Below are positions 8,394 through 16,703 of a stretch of 64,000 nucleotides of DNA, piece after piece. The stretch is from positions 1,057 to 65,056 of the forward strand of contig CADAOY010000007.1 in assembly GCA_902789665.1 (NCBI GenBank), read 5' to 3'. The translations under genes and the position numbers were made by a program. The stretch is from an uncultured Lachnospiraceae bacterium. Lineage in GTDB: Bacteria > Bacillota > Clostridia > Lachnospirales > Lachnospiraceae. Below the pieces are notes generated by a model, which worked only from the letters and a program-made list of their open reading frames with translations, made no database searches and was not told where the DNA came from. Each line of letters opens with the position of its first letter. The first letter of the stretch is position 1.

Positions 8394-10619
8394 TTGAAGA
8401 AGAATCTTAAAAGAAATATAAGCTTAATACTTATAATGGCAATGGCAGCGAATCTGGCATTTTTGGGTGGATGTAATAAGCCATCTGAAGAGGCAGTGGA
8501 TGAGAACGTTGTCGGGGAAATCCCGGTTATTGACGTGGAAGATGTAGTGCAAGAAGAAGCAGTAGAAGAAGATATAAAGGAAATCACTGTTTCTGAATGC
8601 GTTCTTCCTGAATATGAATGGCAGAAAGAACTTGTTTTTCCTAATGATGATGGATATGTGGATGATACTCTTGCCATGAATTCAATAGCGGATATTAAAA
8701 CTTATAAAGGTCAGGGCGAGTTGTATGTAACCCTTTCAGAAGATATAGAGTCTTTTAAGATATATATTAATCACGAGAAAGTGAACGTTAATGGTTTAAT
8801 GCCGGGTTGTACTTATAAGATTGATTACTCAGATTATGCCATTACAGGCGCTAACGAGGTACAGGTTTCAGGCATATCACCTAAAGAGGCTACAGTCTCT
8901 GTTTATGCTCCTTTCCCCGTAATTGTGGAAGGTATCCCTGAAGATGTTGGCATGGATTCTGAGTATTTTGAATTAATTAGTGAAATCGTCTCAGAAGATG
9001 TGGAACATGGTTTTCCGTCAGCACAGATGGCGGTAATAAAGGACGGAGTACTTATATATAATAATGCCTGGGGCTATGCCAACAGATATGATGGAATGGA
9101 CGCAGTAACAACAGATACCCTTTATGACCTTGCATCAAATACCAAGATGTATTCGGTAGCCTATGCAATTCAAAGGCTGGTATCTGAAGGGAAACTTACA
9201 ATGGATACCAAAATCTCCGACATCCTTGGAGAAGAATTCTATAACGGAACTGTAGATATCTGCTTTAAAGGTTATGAAGATTATTACAAGAAGGGACAGA
9301 ATGCCAATAGAGAGTGGAAGGCTAATATAACAATCAGGGATGTTATGTCTCATAAGGCAGGATTCCCGGGGGCTCCGGCATATCAGAGACCTATATATGA
9401 TCAGGCTATGATAACTTCAAAGACTGATGTTGAGAATATTCTTTATGCGGGTAGTGACGGTTCATTTGAGACCAGGGAAAATACGTACCGCATTATATGC
9501 AAGACTCCGCTTATGTATAAGCCTGGCGACAAGGTTTTATATACAGATGTTGATTATATGGTTCTGGCTTTCTGTATTGAGAAAATCACCGGCCAGAGAC
9601 TTGATGAATATATGGAAAATGAGTTTTATGGTCCTATGGGACTTGAGCATATCTGCTACAGGCCGCTTGATCATGGCTTTGAAAAAGGCGACTGCGCAGC
9701 AACAGAGCCTTATGGTAACACGAGATCTGGAAGCGAGTATTTTGAAGGAGTCAGGACTGAGACCATTCAGGGCGAAGTACATGATGAGATGGCTTATTAT
9801 ACCATGGCTGGAGTGTCAGGCCATGCTGGATTATTCTCGAATGCTGAAGACCTGGGCAAACTAGCCTCAGTAATGCTTATGGGCGGATATGGTGATCAGA
9901 ACTTCTTTAAGGAAGATGTAATGGACGCCTTTATGGCGCCGGCATCGGATACACTGTCTAACTGGGGCGTTGGCTGGTACAGGGAAGGCGATAACAGGAG
10001 AGAGTATTATTTCGGAGAAATGTCATCGAATGATACTATTGGACATCAGGGCTGGACAGGCACAATTACACTGATTGACCCTGATAATAATCTGGTTATT
10101 GTATATCTTACTAACAAAATAAATACCGAGATCACAAACACCGATTATAACAATAATAAGTTTGACGGTAACTGGTATACATCAGCAACTCTTGGTTTTG
10201 CAACAGAGCTTGTTTATGAAGGAATGAATCCGTCAGATGAAGAGAATGAGGCGATGGATGACCTTTTGTGCGATATGGTAGTTGGTAAGTTTAAACTTGT
10301 GGATAAAGAATGGAACCAGGTTGTGACTTCAAATGTCAACAGAACACCGGTTGATGAGAATCATGCAATAGTTAAGTCGGCTTATGCCATTTTAGAAGTT
10401 ATGGTAAACAGAGTTGATGAGGTTAATAGTAAAGAATCCTATGAGGATGGAAGTTTCAATAAGGATTATTATGATTATGCGGTGACTGTACTTTCGCTTC
10501 TAAAAGAAGGAATGGACTTAAATGAGATGAAAAAGTTATATAATGAGTCGCCGACTGCAGCATATTATTTTAAAGAGCAGGGTTATGACTGGGCATCGGA
10601 GATAACTACGGAAGAATAA
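8394..10619 (+). CDS. Lipoprotein serine hydrolase of the beta-lactamase fold, PBP4B (YfeW)/AmiE-like
   Basis: TTG start; lipobox LGGC; DLASNTKMY (SxxK), YTD, GHAGLFS and GHQGWTGT motifs. Confidence 0.8.
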   Translation: MKKNLKRNISLILIMAMAANLAFLGGCNKPSEEAVDENVVGEIPVIDVEDVVQEEAVEEDIKEITVSECVLPEYEWQKELVFPNDDGYVDDTLAMNSIADIKTYKGQGELYVTLSEDIESFKIYINHEKVNVNGLMPGCTYKIDYSDYAITGANEVQVSGISPKEATVSVYAPFPVIVEGIPEDVGMDSEYFELISEIVSEDVEHGFPSAQMAVIKDGVLIYNNAWGYANRYDGMDAVTTDTLYDLASNTKMYSVAYAIQRLVSEGKLTMDTKISDILGEEFYNGTVDICFKGYEDYYKKGQNANREWKANITIRDVMSHKAGFPGAPAYQRPIYDQAMITSKTDVENILYAGSDGSFETRENTYRIICKTPLMYKPGDKVLYTDVDYMVLAFCIEKITGQRLDEYMENEFYGPMGLEHICYRPLDHGFEKGDCAATEPYGNTRSGSEYFEGVRTETIQGEVHDEMAYYTMAGVSGHAGLFSNAEDLGKLASVMLMGGYGDQNFFKEDVMDAFMAPASDTLSNWGVGWYREGDNRREYYFGEMSSNDTIGHQGWTGTITLIDPDNNLVIVYLTNKINTEITNTDYNNNKFDGNWYTSATLGFATELVYEGMNPSDEENEAMDDLLCDMVVGKFKLVDKEWNQVVTSNVNRTPVDENHAIVKSAYAILEVMVNRVDEVNSKESYEDGSFNKDYYDYAVTVLSLLKEGMDLNEMKKLYNESPTAAYYFKEQGYDWASEITTEE

Positions 10620-10627
10620 GGTTTTTG

Positions 10628-10656
10628 TTTACCATTAAATGAATATTTGATATAAT
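10628..10656 (+). promoter_or_regulatory. Sigma-A promoter of the diguanylate cyclase gene
   Basis: TTTACC-17 bp-TATAAT with TG extension. Confidence 0.6.
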
Positions 10657-10692
10657 AAAAGTGTGTTGTTTTTTGTGTAAGGGTAAATTTAT

Positions 10693-12120
10693 ATGTCAGA
10701 TAAAAGGGAACAGGTGAACAGAGTTAAGAATCCTCTTCAACGGACCATATTACTTGGCTCCATTGTCTTTATTTCTCTGCTTTGTTTAGTTTTGTTTATT
10801 CTATTTAATATCGTTTTCTCCAAGGCTTTATATCAAAGATATAATACCCAGATGTCGGATGTGCTTCAGTATGTATATGATCAGATTGATGCTGATGATA
10901 TGCAGTATTGTATTGATAATACAATTGCTGATGCCAATTATGAAGAGTTTCAGTTATTCCTTCATAATGTTGTTGATAATCTGGGAGTTTATTATGTCTA
11001 TATTGTTGTACCAAATGAGGATAATACCCAGATTCTGCATGTGGTTTCAGCAACGAGTAACGAAGCTGTGGAAGATGCCAAGTATGATATGCCGATTAAG
11101 GCTGAGATGGACTATCCTGAGGATATTACAAGAAGGTATCTGGAGGCCTTTAAGAAGCCGGATGTATCTTTCTTTGAAAGTAATTCTGAAAGAGGTGTAT
11201 TTTATACAGCCTGCAAGCCTGTAGTTAATTCAAACGGTCAGACCATTGCTTTGGTCTGTGGTGATATAGATATCAGTATTATTGAGGATATTACAAGGGA
11301 ATATACAATTCAGAGTGTGCTGGCATCCCTGATTATTGGCTTTATCTTTGTTGTTTTTCTGCAGATATGGTTTAGAAGTACCATTATTAAGCCGGTTAAG
11401 GCACTGGAGGAAAGCGCCAGGAATTTTGCCACATCGAGTCAGGATGAGATGGATTTAAGAGAGCTTGATTTTGCAATGCCGGAGATTAAGAGTCATAATG
11501 AGATTTATTCTCTGGGTGAGTCCATTGTAATCATGTCCGAGAATATGAAGCATTATGTTTTGGATATCAATGATGCTGAGGCCAGAGCGGTAGGTGCAAA
11601 GAAGCAGGCAGAGAGTATGTCTTATCTTGCTTATAAGGATTCGCTTACTCAGGTTAAGAATAAGACGGCTTTTGAGAATACCTGCGAAGAGATTAATATG
11701 GAGATTAAAGAAGGCATGGCTGAGTTCTCCGTGCTGATGGTGGATCTTAATAATCTTAAGAAAATTAATGATACATATGGTCACCAGAAGGGTGATATCT
11801 ATATAACAGGTTCATGTAAGATTATTTGTAATGTATTTGCGCACTGCCCGGTATTTCGTGTGGGCGGCGATGAATTCGTGGCGATACTTAAGAATGAGTC
11901 TTATGATGACAGGGATGCGCTATTTGTTAAACTGCTGGATGAATTTAAGAAGTCATTTAAGGATGAGTCGAAGGAGCCTTGGGAGAGGTTTTTTGCGGCT
12001 GCCGGTATGGCGGATTATATAATGGGTAAAGATAAGAGTATTGATGCTGTATTCCAAAGGGCAGACAATATGATGTATAAGAATAAGGAACAGCTTAAGA
12101 AGGCTTATAATGTTGATTAA
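10693..12120 (+). CDS. Membrane-bound diguanylate cyclase (sensor-HAMP-GGDEF)
   Basis: Two TMs, HAMP (IIKPVKAL..NEIYSL), DSLTQVKN, DLNNLKKINDTYGH, intact GGDEF. Confidence 0.9.
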   Translation: MSDKREQVNRVKNPLQRTILLGSIVFISLLCLVLFILFNIVFSKALYQRYNTQMSDVLQYVYDQIDADDMQYCIDNTIADANYEEFQLFLHNVVDNLGVYYVYIVVPNEDNTQILHVVSATSNEAVEDAKYDMPIKAEMDYPEDITRRYLEAFKKPDVSFFESNSERGVFYTACKPVVNSNGQTIALVCGDIDISIIEDITREYTIQSVLASLIIGFIFVVFLQIWFRSTIIKPVKALEESARNFATSSQDEMDLRELDFAMPEIKSHNEIYSLGESIVIMSENMKHYVLDINDAEARAVGAKKQAESMSYLAYKDSLTQVKNKTAFENTCEEINMEIKEGMAEFSVLMVDLNNLKKINDTYGHQKGDIYITGSCKIICNVFAHCPVFRVGGDEFVAILKNESYDDRDALFVKLLDEFKKSFKDESKEPWERFFAAAGMADYIMGKDKSIDAVFQRADNMMYKNKEQLKKAYNVD

Positions 12121-12129
12121 GCGTATGTA

Positions 12130-12200
12130 TGGGCTGCGGGCGCGAGGCGTGCGTGGTGAGAGCGCCGGGGTGTGCGTGGGCTGCGGGCGCGAGGCGTGCG
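12130..12200 (+). repeat. Two exact 24-nt GC-rich direct repeats
   Basis: TGGGCTGCGGGCGCGAGGCGTGCG at 12130-12153 and 12177-12200, 23-nt gap. Confidence 0.9.
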
Positions 12201-12245
12201 CGGTGCATGATGGGTGTTAAACTGAGGCTTTTTTGAGGAGGAGAG

Positions 12246-12842
12246 ATGAGCACAAATGATAAAGATCCTTTAGCCTGGGAGGAGGTTAAGGTAGAACATA
12301 TAATAAAGGATGAGTGGATTGATTTCAGGCGCTCAGCTTATAAGTTTCCGGATGGAAGCATATTTGAGCCATTCTACAGTTATTCAAGAAGAGATTATGT
12401 GGTTATAGTGCCTTCAGATGAAGATGGTAATTATATTTGTGTTCGTCAGTACAGACAGGGTATAGAGCAGGTTACCAATGAGTTCCCGGCTGGCGGAATA
12501 GAAAGAAAAGATAATAAACAGTATGCGCATGGCGTAAGAAATGCAGCAGATGCTGAAGATGCTTTGGAAGCGGCAAAGAGAGAACTTGCTGAAGAGACGG
12601 GTTATGAATCATCTGAGTGGAAACATCTTCTTACAGTTCCATCTAATGCGACAATAGCAGATAATTATGCACATATCTTTGTTGCGAGAAACTGCCGTAA
12701 GGTAACATCGCAGCACCTGGATGAGACAGAGTTTCTTAATGTGAATTTATATAAGGCTGAAGAGATAGAAGAGATGATAAAAAATGGTGATTTTCAGCAG
12801 TCTGTGCATGTGATGGCGTGGTTATTAGCGCTTAGAAGATAA
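12246..12842 (+). CDS. NUDIX hydrolase (ADP-ribose pyrophosphatase-like)
   Basis: RQYR, FPAGG and AAKRELAEETG Nudix box. Confidence 0.9.
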   Translation: MSTNDKDPLAWEEVKVEHIIKDEWIDFRRSAYKFPDGSIFEPFYSYSRRDYVVIVPSDEDGNYICVRQYRQGIEQVTNEFPAGGIERKDNKQYAHGVRNAADAEDALEAAKRELAEETGYESSEWKHLLTVPSNATIADNYAHIFVARNCRKVTSQHLDETEFLNVNLYKAEEIEEMIKNGDFQQSVHVMAWLLALRR

Positions 12843-12868
12843 AATTTGAAAATTTTTTTAGATTTTTT

Positions 12869-12909
12869 AATCCCCGGAAAGTGGCTTAAACAGTGGCTTT
12901 GCGGGGATT
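12869..12909 (+). terminator. Probable terminator hairpin after NUDIX gene
   Basis: AATCCCCG...CGGGGATT stem with inner AAAG/CTTT pairing, T-rich tail. Confidence 0.55.
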
Positions 12910-12943
12910 TTGTTATTATTTTTTGAAAAATTTTTAAAAATTA

Positions 12944-12970
12944 TTAGCACTCACTATTGACGAGTGCTAA
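12944..12970. promoter_or_regulatory. CIRCE element (HrcA operator)
   Basis: Perfect TTAGCACTC-N9-GAGTGCTAA upstream of hsp20. Confidence 0.97.
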
Positions 12971-12985
12971 TAAAAGTGGTATAAC
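12957..12985 (+). promoter_or_regulatory. Sigma-A promoter of hsp20, -35 inside CIRCE
   Basis: TTGACG-17 bp-TATAAC with TG extension. Confidence 0.8.
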
Positions 12986-13115
12986 ATAATCGTAAGGAAG
13001 AAAAGATAAGAGCCGAACAAATAAAACACAGGTTCAGAGCTCTTGGAAGTTCTTTCAAGAATAAGTTAACAGCCCGGAACAACATCCCGGACGAATTTTA
13101 AAGGAGGGATGAGTT

Positions 13116-13598
13116 ATGTTATACGTACCTAGTATTTTTGGAGAAAATTTAATGGATGATTGGATGGATTCATGGGACAGAGACTGGATGGATTTTGACA
13201 AGGCTTACAACAAATCCATGAAGAAGAATCCTCTGTATGGCAAGAATGCAAAGAATCTGATGAAGACTGATGTTCGTGAACTTGATGACAGTTACGAAGT
13301 TGATATCGATCTTCCTGGATTTAAGAAAGAGGATATCGAGTTATCACTTGATCAGGGCTTCCTGAATATAGTGGCTGCGAAAGGTCTGGATAAGGAAGAG
13401 ACTGATAAGAAGAGTGGTAAGATAATCCGTCAGGAAAGATATACAGGAACAATGTCCAGAAGCTTCTATGTTGGTGAGGATCTGAAGGTTGAGGATATCA
13501 AGGCTAAGTTGGAGCATGGTGTTCTTAAACTTACAGTACCGAAAGTAGAGCATAAGGAAGAAATTCCTGCTAAGAAGACAATAATGATTGAAGGATAA
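13116..13598 (+). CDS. Small heat shock protein, Hsp20/alpha-crystallin family
   Basis: MKTDVRE..IDLPGFKKEDI..IRQERY.G..SRSF..LEHGVLKLTVPK; AAAGGAGG RBS; CIRCE upstream. Confidence 0.95.
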   Translation: MLYVPSIFGENLMDDWMDSWDRDWMDFDKAYNKSMKKNPLYGKNAKNLMKTDVRELDDSYEVDIDLPGFKKEDIELSLDQGFLNIVAAKGLDKEETDKKSGKIIRQERYTGTMSRSFYVGEDLKVEDIKAKLEHGVLKLTVPKVEHKEEIPAKKTIMIEG

Positions 13599-13638
13599 AT
13601 CCTTTCACATATGCAGAGGTTGGAAAAAAGAAGTAAGT

Positions 13639-13671
13639 AAACACCCCCGCGGCTTCGCCGCGGGGGTGTTT
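13639..13671 (+). terminator. Intrinsic terminator of hsp20
   Basis: 15-bp perfect stem AAACACCCCCGCGGC-TTC-GCCGCGGGGGTGTTT. Confidence 0.8.
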
Positions 13672-13835
13672 GCGGTTGGGGGAGGGGAGCGCGCTGCCGT
13701 TGAGTGTTTGCGGTTGGGGGAGGGGAGAGCGGCTGCCGTTGGGTGTTTGTGTGGCGCGAGGTGGCGTTGCCAGGTGCACATTACCCCGTCCCAGGTGGCG
13801 CTGCCAGGTGCACTTTACCCCGTCCCAGGTGGCAC
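13666..13835 (+). repeat. Two adjacent GC-rich tandem repeat families (38/39-nt unit x2+, 34-nt unit x2+)
   Basis: Unit A 13666-13703 and 13704-13742; unit B 13760-13793 and 13794-13827; partial third copies of each. Confidence 0.9.
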
Positions 13836-13846
13836 TGGGTTGGTAT

Positions 13847-13875
13847 TTGCGTGTTTACAAGGCTTGTGATATACT
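13847..13875 (+). promoter_or_regulatory. Sigma-A promoter of the hydrolase gene
   Basis: TTGCGT-17 bp-TATACT with TG extension. Confidence 0.55.
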
Positions 13876-13896
13876 TTGTGTTGGAAAGGGATGGCT

Positions 13897-14706
13897 ATGA
13901 ATTCGAAAGTTGATTTTGTTGATATAGGGGATACAAAGTTAAGATATCTCTCTTTTGGGGAAGGAAAGACTCCCCTTGTTATTATTCCGGGACTGTCACT
14001 TGTTAGCGTTATTGAAAGTGGCGCGGTTCTGATGAGTATGTTTAAGGAATATACTGATAAATATACATTCTACGTAATAGACAGAAGAGTGGAGATTCCG
14101 GATGATTTTACCATTCATGATATGGCGCTTGATGAACTTAAGGCTATTAAGGCTTTGGGACTTAAAGGTGAGAAGGGCAATAATGAACTTTATGTTTATG
14201 GTGCATCTTTAGGTGGAATGATAATATTTAACATGGCTTTGATGCAACCTAATGTAGTTAATAAGGCTGTTATTGCATCAAGTACCTGCAGGCTAAATGA
14301 AAAGCAGTGTGAGTTTCTTAAAACCATGATTCCTTTAGCCCTTGATGGTAAGAAAAGAGAACTGGTTAAATACATGGGAGACTTTGTATATACCAAAGAG
14401 TATATGACAGAGAATGAAAATGCTCTCATGATGTTTGCAGACAACATGAAAGAATCTGATCTTAAACATTTTGCTGAAGTTTGTAATGCCATTAAGCCAT
14501 TTGATTTAAGCAGTAAAATCAAACTTCTTCCAATGGATATTTTCGTGGTTGGAGCAACGGATGATGCATTATTTGGTGATGAGGAAACTAAACTAATCAG
14601 CAAAATAAAGGGATATAAATCATATATATTTAATGGAAGCTGTCATGGATTATATGACTTAGAGCCTGATTTCAGACCTATGATGTTTGAATTTTTTAAT
14701 AGTTAA
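13897..14706 (+). CDS. Alpha/beta fold hydrolase
   Basis: IIPGLS oxyanion region, GASLGG nucleophile elbow, ATDD acid, CHG base; start moved to ATG 13897 (approximate). Confidence 0.85.
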   Translation: MNSKVDFVDIGDTKLRYLSFGEGKTPLVIIPGLSLVSVIESGAVLMSMFKEYTDKYTFYVIDRRVEIPDDFTIHDMALDELKAIKALGLKGEKGNNELYVYGASLGGMIIFNMALMQPNVVNKAVIASSTCRLNEKQCEFLKTMIPLALDGKKRELVKYMGDFVYTKEYMTENENALMMFADNMKESDLKHFAEVCNAIKPFDLSSKIKLLPMDIFVVGATDDALFGDEETKLISKIKGYKSYIFNGSCHGLYDLEPDFRPMMFEFFNS

Positions 14707-14719
14707 AATGGGAGTTAAT

Positions 14720-15661
14720 ATGAACGATTTAGAGAAAAAAGAAGCCCTGGATGCACTGGCAGCCAGAATTAATCAGAACTATGAAGAGATAGATCTTCTC
14801 AATGCTTTCGGTAAGAGAAGACTTCCGGACAGAGACAGAATCGTTGAGATTGTTAAGGCAATCAGAAGACTGATGTTTCCGGGATATTTCGGGCTCGATG
14901 CTTTTGACAAAACGTCTTCGCATTATTTCGCAGGTGAGATGATAAGTTCTGTATGCGAAGAACTTAAAAAGCAGATTATTATCGCCTTAAAGTATGACAG
15001 AAAAGAAGATGAAACTGATGAAATGATTGCCGAGAAGGCTGAGAAAATATGCTTTGATTTTGCCAAAGAATTTCCTGAGATTCAGAGGGTTTTACTTACG
15101 GATATTCAGGCAGGTTTCGATGGTGACCCGGCATGTGGAAGCAAGGAGATAATCATCTTCTCATATCCGGGATTCAACGCGATCTTTATCTATCGTATTG
15201 CTCATGAATTATATAAAAGGAATGTGCCATTTATTCCAAGAATCATGACAGAATATGCGCATTCAAGAACAGGTATTGATATTAACCCTGGTGCCAAAAT
15301 CGGCGAGTACTTCTTTATCGACCATGGTACAGGTGTTGTTATTGGTGAGACAACTGAGATTGGAAATAATGTTAAGATTTATCAGGGCGTTACACTTGGT
15401 GCGTTGTCTACAAGGCAGGGACAGCTTCTTAGCGGAGTTAAGAGACATCCTACCATTTGTGATAATGTTACGATTTACTCCAATGCTTCAATACTTGGTG
15501 GTGAGACTGTTATTGGTGCTAATTCAACCATTGGCGGTAGTGCCTTCGTAACAGAGTCTGTGCCTGCAAATACAAGGGTTGGTGTTAAGGCGCCTGAACT
15601 TACATTTAAGGGTACGGTTAAGGCAAAACCTGGCGAATATGTGTATGACTGGGTTATTTAA
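14720..15661 (+). CDS. cysE: Serine O-acetyltransferase (CysE/EpsC type)
   Basis: GDPAC, SYPG, TGIDINPGAKIG, FIDHGTGVVIGET, YQGVTLG, KRHPT. Confidence 0.9.
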   Translation: MNDLEKKEALDALAARINQNYEEIDLLNAFGKRRLPDRDRIVEIVKAIRRLMFPGYFGLDAFDKTSSHYFAGEMISSVCEELKKQIIIALKYDRKEDETDEMIAEKAEKICFDFAKEFPEIQRVLLTDIQAGFDGDPACGSKEIIIFSYPGFNAIFIYRIAHELYKRNVPFIPRIMTEYAHSRTGIDINPGAKIGEYFFIDHGTGVVIGETTEIGNNVKIYQGVTLGALSTRQGQLLSGVKRHPTICDNVTIYSNASILGGETVIGANSTIGGSAFVTESVPANTRVGVKAPELTFKGTVKAKPGEYVYDWVI

Positions 15662-15694
15662 TATAAGAGAAAAATAAAAGGTGATTGATGATAT

Positions 15695-16606
15695 ATGGAA
15701 CTTGATAAAATTATTTATTCAAGAATTGATGAGGTGCCAACCGGCAGGGCATCAGAAAATTACATCCACGGCTGCCTTGTATTAGAGGGTGGTGCTTTCA
15801 GAGGTCTTTATACTCAAGGCTTTCTGGATGCAATGATGGAAAATGATTTAAATCTTGATACTGTAATCGGCGTATCTGCAGGTGCTCTTGGCGGCATGAA
15901 TTATACATCAGGTCAGATAGGAAGAGCAGCAAGAATTAATCTTATCTATCGTCATGACAGCAGATATGTTGGAACAAAGGCAGTTCTTAACAGTAAGAGC
16001 ATACTTGATCTTGGCTTTATTATGGATGATAAAGTCGGTGTTGTTGAGGCTTTTGACAGAGAAAGATTCTATTCAAAGAAAACAAGATTCGTTGCCGTGG
16101 CAACAAATTGCCTTACGGGAAGAGCTGAGTATTTTGAGAAAAATAGGTGCGCGGATATTTTTAAAGCGGTAAGAGCATCAGCTACCATGCCGTATATTTC
16201 ACCTGTTGTTAATATTGACGGCGTGCCTTATCTTGATGGCGGATGTTCATGCCCGATTCCTTATCACTGGGCGCTTAGAAGAAACTTTAAGAAGATTCTT
16301 GTGATTAAAACAAGGGATCTTAAATTCCGTTATCCGAATAAAATGCTTATCAGCAATAAAGCCATATATCGTAAGTATCCTGAGCTTGGCAGAAGGCTTA
16401 CCCAGAAGGATATTTCATATAACAGAAGATGTGATGAAATCGAGCTTCTTCATGCAAGGGGAGAACTCTTCAGGGTTGCGCCAAAAGAGCCGATTGAGGT
16501 TGCAAGAGTAGATGGTGATATGGAGAAACTCGGCAATCTTTACTGGGAGGGATATAATCAGATGTATGAGATGAAAGATGAACTTTGTGAATACCTTCTC
16601 GGCTAA
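15695..16606 (+). CDS. Patatin-like phospholipase
   Basis: EGGAFRG, GVSAG and DGG motifs. Confidence 0.9.
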   Translation: MELDKIIYSRIDEVPTGRASENYIHGCLVLEGGAFRGLYTQGFLDAMMENDLNLDTVIGVSAGALGGMNYTSGQIGRAARINLIYRHDSRYVGTKAVLNSKSILDLGFIMDDKVGVVEAFDRERFYSKKTRFVAVATNCLTGRAEYFEKNRCADIFKAVRASATMPYISPVVNIDGVPYLDGGCSCPIPYHWALRRNFKKILVIKTRDLKFRYPNKMLISNKAIYRKYPELGRRLTQKDISYNRRCDEIELLHARGELFRVAPKEPIEVARVDGDMEKLGNLYWEGYNQMYEMKDELCEYLLG

Positions 16607-16703
16607 TTATTAAATTATTATAAACTGGCGTATTTAGTGGCTTTTATGGAATATTTAGTTTATAATTATATTTAGTAAAAAAGGGGATAGAAGAGGGTTA
16701 CTC

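Noticed and set aside
12130-12200. Mini-CRISPR interpretation of the 24-nt repeat pair
   Set aside because: Only two repeats, a short GC-rich spacer resembling the repeats, no leader and no cas genes in the window.
13570-13913. Overlapping short ORFs across the repeat cluster
   Set aside because: Products of GC-rich, stop-poor repeats; no RBS; they span a terminator and a promoter.
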